Origin: Escherichia virus Mu_3F6
Length of the DNA: 37,126 nt
Reading direction: 5' to 3' (one strand)
Sequence record: LR595867.1
The notes beneath the pieces are model-generated. The model was given only the letters and a program-made list of their open reading frames with translations, was not told the origin of the DNA and searched no databases. The translations under genes were made by a program, and so were the position numbers. Positions 8,993-18,263 of the stretch are shown in pieces; position 1 is the stretch's first letter, and every line of letters begins with the position of its first letter.

Positions 8993-9378
8993 CGGAAGAT
9001 TTATTTGGTGATTTGCAGGATGACACCATCCTGGCACATCTTGACAATCCCGCAGAGGATACGTCACGCTTTCCGGCACTGCTGGCGGAGCTGAACGATT
9101 TACTACGCGGGGAATTGTCCCGACTGGGTGTTGATCCTGCCCATTCACTGGAGATTGTTGTGGCTATCTGTAAGCATCTGGGCGGCGGTCAGGTCTACAT
9201 TCCACGCGGTCAGGTTCTGGACTCGCTGATTCGGGATTTGCGTATCTGGAATGATTTTAACGGTCGCAACGTCAGCGAACTGACCACCCGTTATGGTGTC
9301 ACTTTCAATACGGTTTACAAGGCCATTCGCCGGATGCGACGGCTGAAATACCGCCAGTACCAGCCCTCACTTCTGTAA
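8989..9378 (+). CDS. mor: Mor, middle operon regulator (129 aa)
   Basis: Recognised Mu Mor; clear paralog of C in this window (shared ...YIP.G...L...F NGRN..EL...Y... core). Confidence 0.9.
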   Translation: MTEDLFGDLQDDTILAHLDNPAEDTSRFPALLAELNDLLRGELSRLGVDPAHSLEIVVAICKHLGGGQVYIPRGQVLDSLIRDLRIWNDFNGRNVSELTTRYGVTFNTVYKAIRRMRRLKYRQYQPSLL

Positions 9379-9383
9379 ACAGT

Positions 9384-9408
9384 AAAGCCGGTTAATCCGG
9401 CTTTTTTT
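9384..9408 (+). terminator. rho-independent terminator at end of early operon
   Basis: Stem AGCCGG / CCGGCT with loop TTAAT followed by a run of 7 T, 6 nt after the mor stop. Confidence 0.8.
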
Positions 9409-9455
9409 ACGTCCTCAATATCCTGTGATGAATAACCGTACCGGGGGAAATCATC

Positions 9456-9674
9456 ATGGGTAAAGGCTGGAATGCATCCTTTCATCTTGGCAGACGTGAG
9501 CGGCTGCGTCAGGAGGTTTTGCACCGTGTCGCCGGTGGGCCACGTCCTGCGCCCCGCGACTATACCGGTCATGATGGCACCCACGGCAGTTATTACATGA
9601 AAGGCTGGCAGTCAGTTGATATGCCGGAAATTCTTCATCATTGCCTGCTTTACAGGGAGAAACATTATGTCTGA
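9456..9674 (+). CDS. middle-region hypothetical protein (72 aa)
   Basis: ORF between the early terminator and C. Confidence 0.4.
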   Translation: MGKGWNASFHLGRRERLRQEVLHRVAGGPRPAPRDYTGHDGTHGSYYMKGWQSVDMPEILHHCLLYREKHYV

Positions 9675-10029
9675 GCGTTCTGCTCGTCAGTGGCCTGATT
9701 TTTTATCGGTGGTGTTACTGGCGCTGTTATTGTGGATAAGTCTGTTTTGTGGCTGGCGCGCGCTGATGTTTTGCTGTGCCTCGGTTTTCAGTGTTGCTTT
9801 ATGTGTTGCCGGTGATTGCCTGGATGCGCTGATAATGAGCTGCCGGGTGCCTGAACATTTTGCCCGGTTCGTCTGGCCTCTGACCTGGCTGGGGAGTCTG
9901 TCCGGGCTGGGATTAGCCGTGATGGCAACGTCTCAACTGAAAACGGGTCCTGAGCATGTCATCTGGGCGCTGGCCGGATTGCTGACGTTCTGGATCTCCT
10001 TTCGTTTTCGCGCTCGTCTGTTCGGGTAA
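9667..10029 (+). CDS. middle-region integral membrane protein (~120 aa)
   Basis: Several hydrophobic segments (VVLLALLLWISLF, LSGLGLAVMA, LAGLLTFWI); ATG at 9667 chosen within track ORF 9616..10029. Confidence 0.5.
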   Translation: MSERSARQWPDFLSVVLLALLLWISLFCGWRALMFCCASVFSVALCVAGDCLDALIMSCRVPEHFARFVWPLTWLGSLSGLGLAVMATSQLKTGPEHVIWALAGLLTFWISFRFRARLFG

Positions 10030-10170
10030 AGGGGCACCATGTACAGAAAATTCAGTGATGAATGTTTCGGGCCGTCCACGCTGATTAGTGCGATAAAAGT
10101 GATTGCCCTTGTGGTTCTGATAACCATCAGTGCCGTGGTGTATCTTTCTGTCTGTTAACCGGGGGAAAAT

Positions 10171-10593
10171 ATGCAGCATGATTTATTTGAACACGATCCG
10201 GCAATTCGCCAGTTAATCGGACATATTGATAACATCCCGGCCCCGGAACTGGAATCACGCTGGCCCCGTTCGGTGGTTGATCTGATTGATGTTCTGGAAA
10301 ACGAACTGAAACGCCAGAACGTCAGCAATCCCCGTGAACTTGCCCGTAAACAGGCCGTTGCCCTGTCATGTTTTCTGGGTGGACGGCAGTTTTACATCCC
10401 CTGCGGCGATACGATCCTGACCGCGTTACGCGACGATTTGCTTTACTGCCAGTTTAATGGTCGTAACATGGAAGAACTGCGTCGCCAGTACCGCCTGTCC
10501 CAGCCGCAGATCTACCAGATTATTGCCCGCCAGAGAAAGCTGCATACACGACGTCATCAGCCTGATCTGTTCTCACCTGAAAGCCCAAAATAA
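10171..10593 (+). CDS. C: C, late gene transcription activator (140 aa)
   Basis: Recognised Mu C; RBS GGGGGAAA upstream; paralogous to Mor. Confidence 0.9.
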   Translation: MQHDLFEHDPAIRQLIGHIDNIPAPELESRWPRSVVDLIDVLENELKRQNVSNPRELARKQAVALSCFLGGRQFYIPCGDTILTALRDDLLYCQFNGRNMEELRRQYRLSQPQIYQIIARQRKLHTRRHQPDLFSPESPK

Positions 10594-10614
10594 CCGGCAT
10601 CCTGCCGGTTATTT
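10592..10614 (+). terminator. hairpin at end of middle transcript (candidate terminator)
   Basis: Stem AACCGGCA / TGCCGGTT with 3-nt loop overlapping the C stop, followed by ATTT. Confidence 0.5.
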
Positions 10615-10684
10615 CCTGTCACCATAATCCCGCATCTGCCACCTGATTTTTTAGACTGCCATCAGAGCATTTTTTCAGGGAAGC

Positions 10685-11203
10685 ATGATGGCGGGGATAC
10701 CAAAAAAACTGAAAGCCACACTGCTGGCTGTAACGATTGCCGGTGGCGGTGTGGGTGGTTATCAGGAAATGACCCGTCAGTCTCTGATCCATCTGGAAAA
10801 TATCGCTTATATGCCTTACCGCGATATTGCCGGTGTGCTTACGGTCTGTGTGGGACATACCGGGCCGGATATCGAAATGCGCCGTTACAGCCATGCGGAG
10901 TGTATGGCTCTCCTCGACAGTGATTTAAAACCGGTTTATGCGGCAATCGATCGTCTTGTCAGGGTGCCGCTGACGCCATATCAGAAAACGGCGCTGGCAA
11001 CGTTTATTTTCAACACTGGTGTTACCGCATTCAGTAAATCAACGCTGCTGAAAAAACTCAATGCCGGTGATTACGCCGGAGCGCGTGACCAGATGGCCCG
11101 CTGGGTGTTTGCCGCAGGCCATAAATGGAAAGGACTGATGAACCGTCGCGAAGTGGAAATGGCAATCTGGAATATCAGGGGGGCGGATGACCTTCGCAAG
11201 TAA
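10685..11203 (+). CDS. lys: endolysin, T4-lysozyme-type with N-terminal signal-anchor-release-like segment (172 aa)
   Basis: N-terminal Gly/Ala-rich hydrophobic stretch ATLLAVTIAGGGVGGY; E-x8-D-x5-T catalytic pattern (LENIAYMPYRDIAGVLT). Confidence 0.85.
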   Translation: MMAGIPKKLKATLLAVTIAGGGVGGYQEMTRQSLIHLENIAYMPYRDIAGVLTVCVGHTGPDIEMRRYSHAECMALLDSDLKPVYAAIDRLVRVPLTPYQKTALATFIFNTGVTAFSKSTLLKKLNAGDYAGARDQMARWVFAAGHKWKGLMNRREVEMAIWNIRGADDLRK

Positions 11204-11573
11204 AAGTTTACTGCTGGCAGCCGTGTTTGCCGCCGTTCTGTCCGGTGTGTTGTGGCACAGGCTGGGCAGCACCCGCCACGATAACCAGACGCTGCGCCGT
11301 GAATTACAGACGGAGCAACAGGCCCGCCACACGGCTGAATGGTTGTTACACGGTCAGGAGCAAACGATGCAGGTATTTTCCGCTATCCGTGCCGCAAATC
11401 GTGCCGCGCGGCTGGCAGACGAGACAGAACATCATGATGCAAAACAAAAAATTACAACCGCCATTACCGGTGACAATTGCAGCACTCGTCCTGTGCCTGC
11501 CGGTGCTGCTGACAGGTTGCGGGAACTCGAAAAACGCACCCGTGCCATCGGTGGTGCTCCTGCCCGAAACTGA
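11187..11573 (+). CDS. inner-membrane spanin component (Rz-like, 128 aa)
   Basis: N-terminal TM helix (LLLAAVFAAVLSGVLW) followed by charged helical region; immediately after endolysin. Confidence 0.6.
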   Translation: MTFASKSLLLAAVFAAVLSGVLWHRLGSTRHDNQTLRRELQTEQQARHTAEWLLHGQEQTMQVFSAIRAANRAARLADETEHHDAKQKITTAITGDNCSTRPVPAGAADRLRELEKRTRAIGGAPARN

Positions 11574-11775
11574 TGCAGAACTGACGGAAGCAACACCCGT
11601 TCCGCCCATGCCACAGCCCCTGACGTGGGGAGCATCCCTTCTCTGGAATGCTGACCTGTTGATGGCGCTCGGGCAGTGCAACCGCGACAAGGCATCAGTC
11701 CGGGAACAGGAGACCCGGAGGAAAGAAATTTATGAACGAAGACCAGAACCGGGCGGTGGTGCTGCTGCTCGCTGA
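11434..11775 (+). CDS. outer-membrane lipoprotein spanin component (Rz1-like), in alternate frame overlapping the i-spanin
   Basis: Starts MMQNKK..., lipobox LLTGC, Pro-rich mature region; starts inside the i-spanin gene in another frame. Confidence 0.55.
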   Translation: MMQNKKLQPPLPVTIAALVLCLPVLLTGCGNSKNAPVPSVVLLPETDAELTEATPVPPMPQPLTWGASLLWNADLLMALGQCNRDKASVREQETRRKEIYERRPEPGGGAAAR

Positions 11776-11926
11776 ACTCTGGCAGGGGGATACCCGTGAT
11801 ATTCCCCGCCCGGCGGCGTATGACCCGCCTGTATTGTGTGCCGGTTGCGGTCGTGAGCTGCGGCCTGATGTGCTGAGACAGCAGCCGATGGCGAACTACT
11901 GCCACTGGTGCCGTGGAGCAGAATAA
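11732..11926 (+). CDS. small zinc-ribbon-like protein (64 aa)
   Basis: RBS GGAGGAAA; CAGCG...CHWC motif pair. Confidence 0.5.
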   Translation: MNEDQNRAVVLLLAELWQGDTRDIPRPAAYDPPVLCAGCGRELRPDVLRQQPMANYCHWCRGAE

Positions 11927-12225
11927 TGGATTTGATTTCAGTTTTAGCGTTATGGCCTTACCTGTTGCCTGTTGTGGCCGGTGGGGCCGTCTGGGCGATG
12001 CGTCGTAGTTTTGCCAGCACCGAGCGTGTGGAGCGTCTTGAAAACCGGATGACCGAAATGGAAACCCGCTACGCCAGCATCCCAGGCACAGAAGATGTAC
12101 ACGAAATGCGCCTGCGTATTGCAGAGCTGTCCGGCGATATCCGGGTGCTGTCCCAGCGGGTGCAGTCATTTTCCCATCAACTGGAGCTGCTGCTTGAAAA
12201 CGCAGTAAACCGGAGTAATTCATGA
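11926..12225 (+). CDS. small membrane protein in lysis cassette (~100 aa), possible endolysin-release factor
   Basis: N-terminal TM segment (LISVLALWPYLLPVVAGGAVWA) then coiled-coil-like region; functional assignment is positional. Confidence 0.45.
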   Translation: MDLISVLALWPYLLPVVAGGAVWAMRRSFASTERVERLENRMTEMETRYASIPGTEDVHEMRLRIAELSGDIRVLSQRVQSFSHQLELLLENAVNRSNS

Positions 12226-12512
12226 TTAACGATATTCTGACTGAAGACCGTCGTCTGGTCATCCTGCGTTCCCTGATGGACTGCAATAACGAAGCCAACG
12301 AATCCATCCTTCAGGACTGTCTGGATGCATACGGACACAACGTTTCCCGCGATGTGGTTCGCGGCCAGATTGACTGGCTGGCAGAGCAGCAACTGGTCAC
12401 CGTGGAAAACCTGCGCGGCTTTTATGTCGTAACGCTGACCTCCCGAGGTCAGGATGTGGCGGAAGGCCGCGCCCGCGTTGCCGGTGTCAAGCGTCCGCGT
12501 CCCCGTGCATGA
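12222..12512 (+). CDS. hypothetical protein (96 aa)
   Basis: RBS GGAG upstream; precedes the packaging genes. Confidence 0.5.
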   Translation: MINDILTEDRRLVILRSLMDCNNEANESILQDCLDAYGHNVSRDVVRGQIDWLAEQQLVTVENLRGFYVVTLTSRGQDVAEGRARVAGVKRPRPRA

Positions 12513-12523
12513 CAGGAGGCGTG

Positions 12524-13099
12524 ATGGACAGGAAAACACGGGGCCGGGCTTCAAAAGTGGATTTACTGCCGGAAAACGTACGTAAAACGCTGCATGAAAT
12601 GCTGCGTGATAAGGCGATCCCACAGGCCCGCATTCTGGAAGAAATTAACGCACTGATTGAAGACGCTGGCCTGCCGGATGAGATGAAACTCTCCCGTTCC
12701 GGTCTGAACCGTTACGCGACGAACGTCGAGCAAGTAGGCCATAACCTGCGACAGATGCGTGAAATGACGTCAGCACTGACCGCAGAACTTGGCGACAAGC
12801 CAATGGGAGAAACCACAAAGCTGATTCTGGAAATGGCCCGCAGCCAGCTTTTTAAGGCCATGATGCGGCAAATCGAAAACCCGGAATCTGACGTGGATAT
12901 TGACCTGCTGAAAAATGCCATGCTGGCGGCACAGCGTCTGGAATCCACGGCAATGTCCAGCCACCGGCGCGAGAAAGAAATCCGCCAGGCATTCGCAGAA
13001 GAAGCGGCAAACGCCGTCAGTGAAGAACTGCGCGGGCAGGATGGCATCAGCGAAGAGCTGGAGCAGCGTATCCGTGATGTGCTGCTGGGTAAGGCATGA
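12524..13099 (+). CDS. putative terminase small subunit (~191 aa)
   Basis: AGGAGG RBS 6 nt before ATG at 12524; directly upstream of the large terminase. Confidence 0.6.
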   Translation: MDRKTRGRASKVDLLPENVRKTLHEMLRDKAIPQARILEEINALIEDAGLPDEMKLSRSGLNRYATNVEQVGHNLRQMREMTSALTAELGDKPMGETTKLILEMARSQLFKAMMRQIENPESDVDIDLLKNAMLAAQRLESTAMSSHRREKEIRQAFAEEAANAVSEELRGQDGISEELEQRIRDVLLGKA

Positions 13100-13106
13100 G
13101 AGGGTT

Positions 13107-14762
13107 ATGAACACCAGAGAAAACAACCTTAAAGCCCTTCATGCCCCCCGAAAAATCAACCTGCGTGAGGAAGCCGAACTGCTCGGCGTGCATATCGTGA
13201 CCGATATCGGGGAAGCACAGCCCCGCAATGAACCGGTTTTTCTGGGCTATCAGCGCCGCTGGTTTGAGGATGAAAGCCAGATTTGCATCGCTGAAAAATC
13301 CCGTCGTACCGGTCTGACATGGGCCGAAGCGGGCCGCAATGTCATGACGGCAGCAAAGCCGCGCCGCCGTGGCGGTCGCAACGTCTTTTATGTGGGTTCC
13401 CGTCAGGAAATGGCGCTGGAATATATCGCCGCCTGTGCCCTGTTTGCCCGCGCCTTTAACCAGCTGGCAAAGGCTGATGTCTGGGAGCAGACCTTCTGGG
13501 ACAGCGACAAAAAAGAAGAAATCCTCACTTATATGATCCGTTTCCCTAACAGCGGATTTAAGGTGCAGGCGCTGTCAAGCCGTCCGTCTAACCTGCGTGG
13601 TTTGCAGGGGGACGTGGTGATTGATGAGGCGGCATTTCATGAAGCCCTGGACGAACTCCTGAAAGCGGCCTTTGCTCTCACCATGTGGGGTGCCCGCGTG
13701 CGGATCATATCGACACATAACGGCGTCGATAACCTGTTTAACCAGTACATTCAGGATGCGCGCGAGGGGCGCAAGGATTACAGCGTTCACCGCATCACGC
13801 TGGATGATGCCATCGCTGACGGGTTGTACCGACGTATCTGTTACGTCACGAATCAGCCGTGGTCGCCGGAAGCGGAAAAAGCCTGGCGTGATGGCCTGTA
13901 CCGGAATGCGCCGAATAAAGAGAGTGCCGACGAGGAATACGGCTGCATTCCTAAAAAATCCGGGGGCGCTTATCTGTCACGCGTGCTGATTGAAGCCGCC
14001 ATGACGCCAGCGCGGGATATCCCGATTCTGCGTTTTGAAGCCCCGGACGATTTTGAATCGCTGACACCACAAATGCGCCACGGCATCGTTCAGGACTGGT
14101 GTGAACAGGAGCTGCTCCCGTTGCTCGATGCGCTGTCGCCGCTCAATAAACACGTACTGGGCGAAGACTTTGCACGCCGTGGCGACCTGACGGTGTTTGT
14201 TCCGCTTGCCATCACTCCTGACTTACGCAAACGCGAATGTTTCCGCGTGGAGCTGCGTAATGTGACCTATGACCAGCAGCGACAAATCCTTTTATTCATT
14301 CTGTCCCGTTTGCCCCGTTTTACCGGCGCTGCATTTGATGCCACCGGTAACGGCGGTTATCTGGCAGAAGCCGCCCGTCTGATTTATGGCCCGGAGATGA
14401 TCGACTGCATCAGTCTGACCGCCGCCTGGTATCAGGAGTGGATGCCGAAACTGAAAGGCGAGTTTGAAGCGCAGAACATCACGATTGCCCGGCATCAGAC
14501 CACACTCGATGACCTGCTTCATATCAAGGTGGACAAAGGTATTCCGCAGATTGATAAGGGGCGCACAAAAGATGAAAGCGGTAAAGGCCGACGACATGGT
14601 GACTTTGCCGTGGCGCTCTGTATGGCTGTCAGGGCGTCTTATATGAATGGTTTTGTTATCGACGAGGACAGCATACAGGCGCTGCCACCACGCCACCGTG
14701 GTGATGATGTTGATAACGATGATTTTGATGATTATCACCAGTTTGAACGAGGGGGCTGGTAA
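13107..14762 (+). CDS. terminase large subunit (551 aa)
   Basis: ATG at 13107 with GAGG RBS (the track ORF begins upstream at 12915 in the same frame); size and position as the Mu large terminase. Confidence 0.8.
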   Translation: MNTRENNLKALHAPRKINLREEAELLGVHIVTDIGEAQPRNEPVFLGYQRRWFEDESQICIAEKSRRTGLTWAEAGRNVMTAAKPRRRGGRNVFYVGSRQEMALEYIAACALFARAFNQLAKADVWEQTFWDSDKKEEILTYMIRFPNSGFKVQALSSRPSNLRGLQGDVVIDEAAFHEALDELLKAAFALTMWGARVRIISTHNGVDNLFNQYIQDAREGRKDYSVHRITLDDAIADGLYRRICYVTNQPWSPEAEKAWRDGLYRNAPNKESADEEYGCIPKKSGGAYLSRVLIEAAMTPARDIPILRFEAPDDFESLTPQMRHGIVQDWCEQELLPLLDALSPLNKHVLGEDFARRGDLTVFVPLAITPDLRKRECFRVELRNVTYDQQRQILLFILSRLPRFTGAAFDATGNGGYLAEAARLIYGPEMIDCISLTAAWYQEWMPKLKGEFEAQNITIARHQTTLDDLLHIKVDKGIPQIDKGRTKDESGKGRRHGDFAVALCMAVRASYMNGFVIDEDSIQALPPRHRGDDVDNDDFDDYHQFERGGW

Positions 14763-16300
14763 TGGGCCGTATTCTGGATATTTCCGGGCAGCCGTTTGAT
14801 TTTGACGATGAAATGCAGACCCGCAGCGATGAGCTGGCAATGGTCATGAAGCGCACGCAGGAGCATCCTTCCAGTGGTGTGACGCCGAACCGGGCCGCGC
14901 AGATGCTGCGTGATGCCGAACGCGGTGATCTGACAGCACAGGCTGACCTGGCCTTTGATATGGAAGAAAAGGACACCCACCTTTTTTCCGAACTGAGCAA
15001 GCGCCGCCTTGCCATTCAGGCGCTGGAATGGCGCATCGCTCCGGCACGTGATGCCAGCGCACAGGAGAAAAAAGACGCCGACATGCTGAATGAATATCTG
15101 CATGATGCGGCGTGGTTTGAAGATGCCCTGTTTGATGCCGGTGATGCCATTCTCAAGGGTTATTCCATGCAGGAGATTGAATGGGGCTGGCTGGGCAAAA
15201 TGCGCGTGCCGGTGGCGCTGCATCATCGCGATCCGGCGCTGTTCTGCGCGAACCCCGATAATCTGAACGAATTACGTCTGCGTGATACGTCTTATCACGG
15301 GCTGGAGCTGCAACCGTTCGGCTGGTTTATGCACCGGGCCAAATCCCGCACCGGGTATGTCGGCACCAATGGCCTTGTGCGCACGCTTATCTGGCCTTTT
15401 ATTTTTAAAAACTATTCCGTGCGTGATTTTGCAGAGTTTCTGGAAATTTACGGACTCCCCATGCGCGTCGGTAAATATCCGACCGGCTCCACGAACCGCG
15501 AGAAAGCCACGCTGATGCAGGCCGTGATGGATATCGGGCGACGTGCCGGTGGCATTATTCCGATGGGGATGACGCTGGATTTTCAGAGCGCCGCAGATGG
15601 TCAGTCAGACCCCTTTATGGCGATGATTGGCTGGGCAGAAAAAGCGATTTCAAAAGCCATTCTGGGCGGCACCCTGACCACAGAGGCTGGCGATAAAGGT
15701 GCACGGTCGCTGGGTGAAGTGCATGATGAGGTTCGCCGGGAAATCCGTAACGCGGATGTGGGCCAGCTTGCCCGCAGTATTAACCGTGACCTGATTTATC
15801 CCCTGCTGGCACTGAACAGTGACAGCACCATTGATATTAACCGCCTGCCGGGCATTGTATTTGATACCAGTGAAGCGGGTGATATTACGGCACTGTCTGA
15901 CGCCATTCCGAAACTGGCGGCGGGAATGCGTATTCCGGTCTCATGGATACAGGAAAAACTCCATATTCCACAGCCGGTCGGTGATGAAGCCGTGTTTACT
16001 GCTCAACCGGTCGTCATGGATAACGGTCCGCAGAAAGAGGCCGCATTATCCGCTGAAGATATCCCGCAGGAGGATGATATCGACCGGATGGGCGTCTCAC
16101 CGGAAGACTGGCAGCGTTCGGTTGATCCCCTGCTGAAACCAGTCATTCTTTCTGTGCTGAAAGATGGCCCGGAAGCCGCCATGAACAAAGCCGCTTCATT
16201 ATATCCGCAGATGGATGATGCAGAACTTATCGACATGCTGACCCGTGCCATTTTTGTTGCCGATATATGGGGGCGTCTGGATGCCGCAGCAGACCATTGA
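14762..16300 (+). CDS. H: portal protein (512 aa)
   Basis: Size and position after terminase; start overlaps terminase stop. Confidence 0.8.
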   Translation: MGRILDISGQPFDFDDEMQTRSDELAMVMKRTQEHPSSGVTPNRAAQMLRDAERGDLTAQADLAFDMEEKDTHLFSELSKRRLAIQALEWRIAPARDASAQEKKDADMLNEYLHDAAWFEDALFDAGDAILKGYSMQEIEWGWLGKMRVPVALHHRDPALFCANPDNLNELRLRDTSYHGLELQPFGWFMHRAKSRTGYVGTNGLVRTLIWPFIFKNYSVRDFAEFLEIYGLPMRVGKYPTGSTNREKATLMQAVMDIGRRAGGIIPMGMTLDFQSAADGQSDPFMAMIGWAEKAISKAILGGTLTTEAGDKGARSLGEVHDEVRREIRNADVGQLARSINRDLIYPLLALNSDSTIDINRLPGIVFDTSEAGDITALSDAIPKLAAGMRIPVSWIQEKLHIPQPVGDEAVFTAQPVVMDNGPQKEAALSAEDIPQEDDIDRMGVSPEDWQRSVDPLLKPVILSVLKDGPEAAMNKAASLYPQMDDAELIDMLTRAIFVADIWGRLDAAADH

Positions 16301-17600
16301 TCTGGCGTATGCCGCACGCCTCCCGCCAAAGGAGGCTGTCGCGTATTTCCGCGCCAAAGGTTACAACATCACCTGGAACTGGTACGAACAACTGGCAGAC
16401 GCGCACGCCTGCGCCTTTACCGTTGCCAAAGCCACCCGGATGGATGTACTGACCACAATCCGTGAGGAAGTGGAGCGGGCTGTCAGTGAAGGCATCACCC
16501 GTGAGGAATTTACCCGCACACTTGCCCCCCGGCTGCAAAAACTCGGATGGTGGGGAAAACAAATCATCGTGGATGCAGACGGAAACGCAAAGGTAATCGA
16601 GCTGGGCAGTCCGCGTCGTCTGGCAACCATTTATAACGTCAATACCCGTACGGCGTATGGGGCAGGACGTTATGCGCAGATGATGAATACCGCCGATTTG
16701 TACCCGTACTGGCAGTACGTTGCCGTTATGGATGGCAGAACACGCCCGGAACATGCGCGGCTGCACAATATGGTTTTCCGGTATGACGACATTTTCTGGC
16801 AGACGCATTACCCGCCCAATGGCTGGAACTGCCGCTGTCGCGTCCGGGCGCTGTCTGCGGCCCGCATGAAAGAACTGGGGCTACAGGTCAGTTATGGTAC
16901 GTCATTCATGAATACCCGCGAAGTGGATGCCGGTACGGATGAAAGCACCGGAGAGATTTTCCGCACATCGTCAACCACGTTTGACAACGGTCGGGTAAAA
17001 ATGACGCCAGATGTGGGCTGGTCATATAACCCCGGTTCGGCGGCATTTGGTACGGATCAGGCACTGATTCGAAAACTGGTGGAAGTTCGTGACGCGCAGC
17101 TGCGTGAGCAGGTTGTTCAGACGCTGAATAACAGCCGGGAGCGTCAGCTTGCTTTTTCCCTCTGGCTTAAACGTCTGGCGAAATCACGCCGGGCCGGACA
17201 TGAGGTCCGTACGCTGGGTTTTATGACGGGATCCGTGGCGGAGGCCGTATATCAGCGCACCGGGAATATGCCAGCCCGTCTGCTTGTGATGAACGGGAAA
17301 AGTCTGGCGACCACTGCTGATGCCGCCCTGAAACCGGAGGATTTACAGCGTCTGCCGTCGCTGATGGCAAAACCACAGGCGGTATTGTGGGACAGGGAGA
17401 ACCACCAGTTGCTGTATGTTGTGGCAACCCGCGACGGCACTGCAAAAGTTGTGGTCAGAACATCGCAGGCTGTCAGCAAACAGAATGACCGGGCGGATGT
17501 GCTGGTCAGTATCAGCCGCGTATCTGCACAGTCGCTTGAAGCCGCGATTGCTGACGGGATGATTGACATACTGGAGGGGCATGTGGAGGTGAATAAGTGA
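16281..17600 (+). CDS. F: Mu F-like head morphogenesis protein (~439 aa)
   Basis: ATG 16281 within track ORF 16245..17600; follows portal. Confidence 0.7.
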   Translation: MPQQTIDLAYAARLPPKEAVAYFRAKGYNITWNWYEQLADAHACAFTVAKATRMDVLTTIREEVERAVSEGITREEFTRTLAPRLQKLGWWGKQIIVDADGNAKVIELGSPRRLATIYNVNTRTAYGAGRYAQMMNTADLYPYWQYVAVMDGRTRPEHARLHNMVFRYDDIFWQTHYPPNGWNCRCRVRALSAARMKELGLQVSYGTSFMNTREVDAGTDESTGEIFRTSSTTFDNGRVKMTPDVGWSYNPGSAAFGTDQALIRKLVEVRDAQLREQVVQTLNNSRERQLAFSLWLKRLAKSRRAGHEVRTLGFMTGSVAEAVYQRTGNMPARLLVMNGKSLATTADAALKPEDLQRLPSLMAKPQAVLWDRENHQLLYVVATRDGTAKVVVRTSQAVSKQNDRADVLVSISRVSAQSLEAAIADGMIDILEGHVEVNK

Positions 17601-18067
17601 GTCTTGATATGAACGTTGCCGTGGATGTGCGACGTATTCAGCTTGCACTGGATGAACTGGGAACCGTTACACGTGACCGCGCCATTCCCCGTGTGATGGC
17701 TGCGGCGCTGCTGTCATCCACGGAACAGGCATTTGAACGGCAGGCAGACCCGGATACAGGGAAAGGCTGGGAAGCGTGGAGCGATTCGTGGCAGGCATGG
17801 CGTCAGGATCATGGTTTTGTTCCGGGCAGTATCCTTACCCTGCATGGCGATCTGGCACGCAGCATTACCACCGATTATGGACAGGATTATGCCCTTATTG
17901 GTTCGCCAAAAATTTATGCTGCCATTCATCAGTGGGGCGGTACACCCGATATGGCACCCCGCCCGGCAGGCGTTCCTGCGCGTCCTTATATGGGGCTGGA
18001 TAAGACCGGGGAACAGGAAATTTTTGATGCCATCAGAAAACGCGTCAGCGCCGCTCTGAGGCAATAA
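17597..18067 (+). CDS. G: Mu G-like virion morphogenesis protein (156 aa)
   Basis: GTG start with GGAGG RBS 7 nt upstream; position after F. Confidence 0.65.
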   Translation: MSLDMNVAVDVRRIQLALDELGTVTRDRAIPRVMAAALLSSTEQAFERQADPDTGKGWEAWSDSWQAWRQDHGFVPGSILTLHGDLARSITTDYGQDYALIGSPKIYAAIHQWGGTPDMAPRPAGVPARPYMGLDKTGEQEIFDAIRKRVSAALRQ

Positions 18068-18263
18068 ACTGAATCAGACATGAAATCAGCCGCACAGATT
18101 TTTTAAAACGCGCCACGGGATTTTTAAACCGGTATTTAACGGTGTATGAATCCCGTTTTATCTTCCTTCCACTTTCTTTCTCCATTACTCAAATAGCATA
18201 ACCCCAGATTTTCCCGCACCTCCCGCAAACTGACTGCTCACAAACCATGATGAGCAGCAGGAC
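18068..18263. promoter_or_regulatory. central intergenic region: candidate C-dependent late promoter for I and candidate strong gyrase site
   Basis: 196-bp non-coding gap at the centre of the element, between G and I. Assignment by position relative to Mu, not by motif. Confidence 0.45.

Noticed and set aside
11432-12307. 291-aa minus-strand ORF antisense to the lysis cassette
   Set aside because: Ser/Arg/Pro-rich low-complexity translation, fully antisense to coupled plus-strand genes.
12915-13106. N-terminal extension of the large terminase ORF (track start 12915)
   Set aside because: Overlaps the 3' end of the small terminase gene in another frame; an ATG at 13107 with its own RBS gives the expected size.
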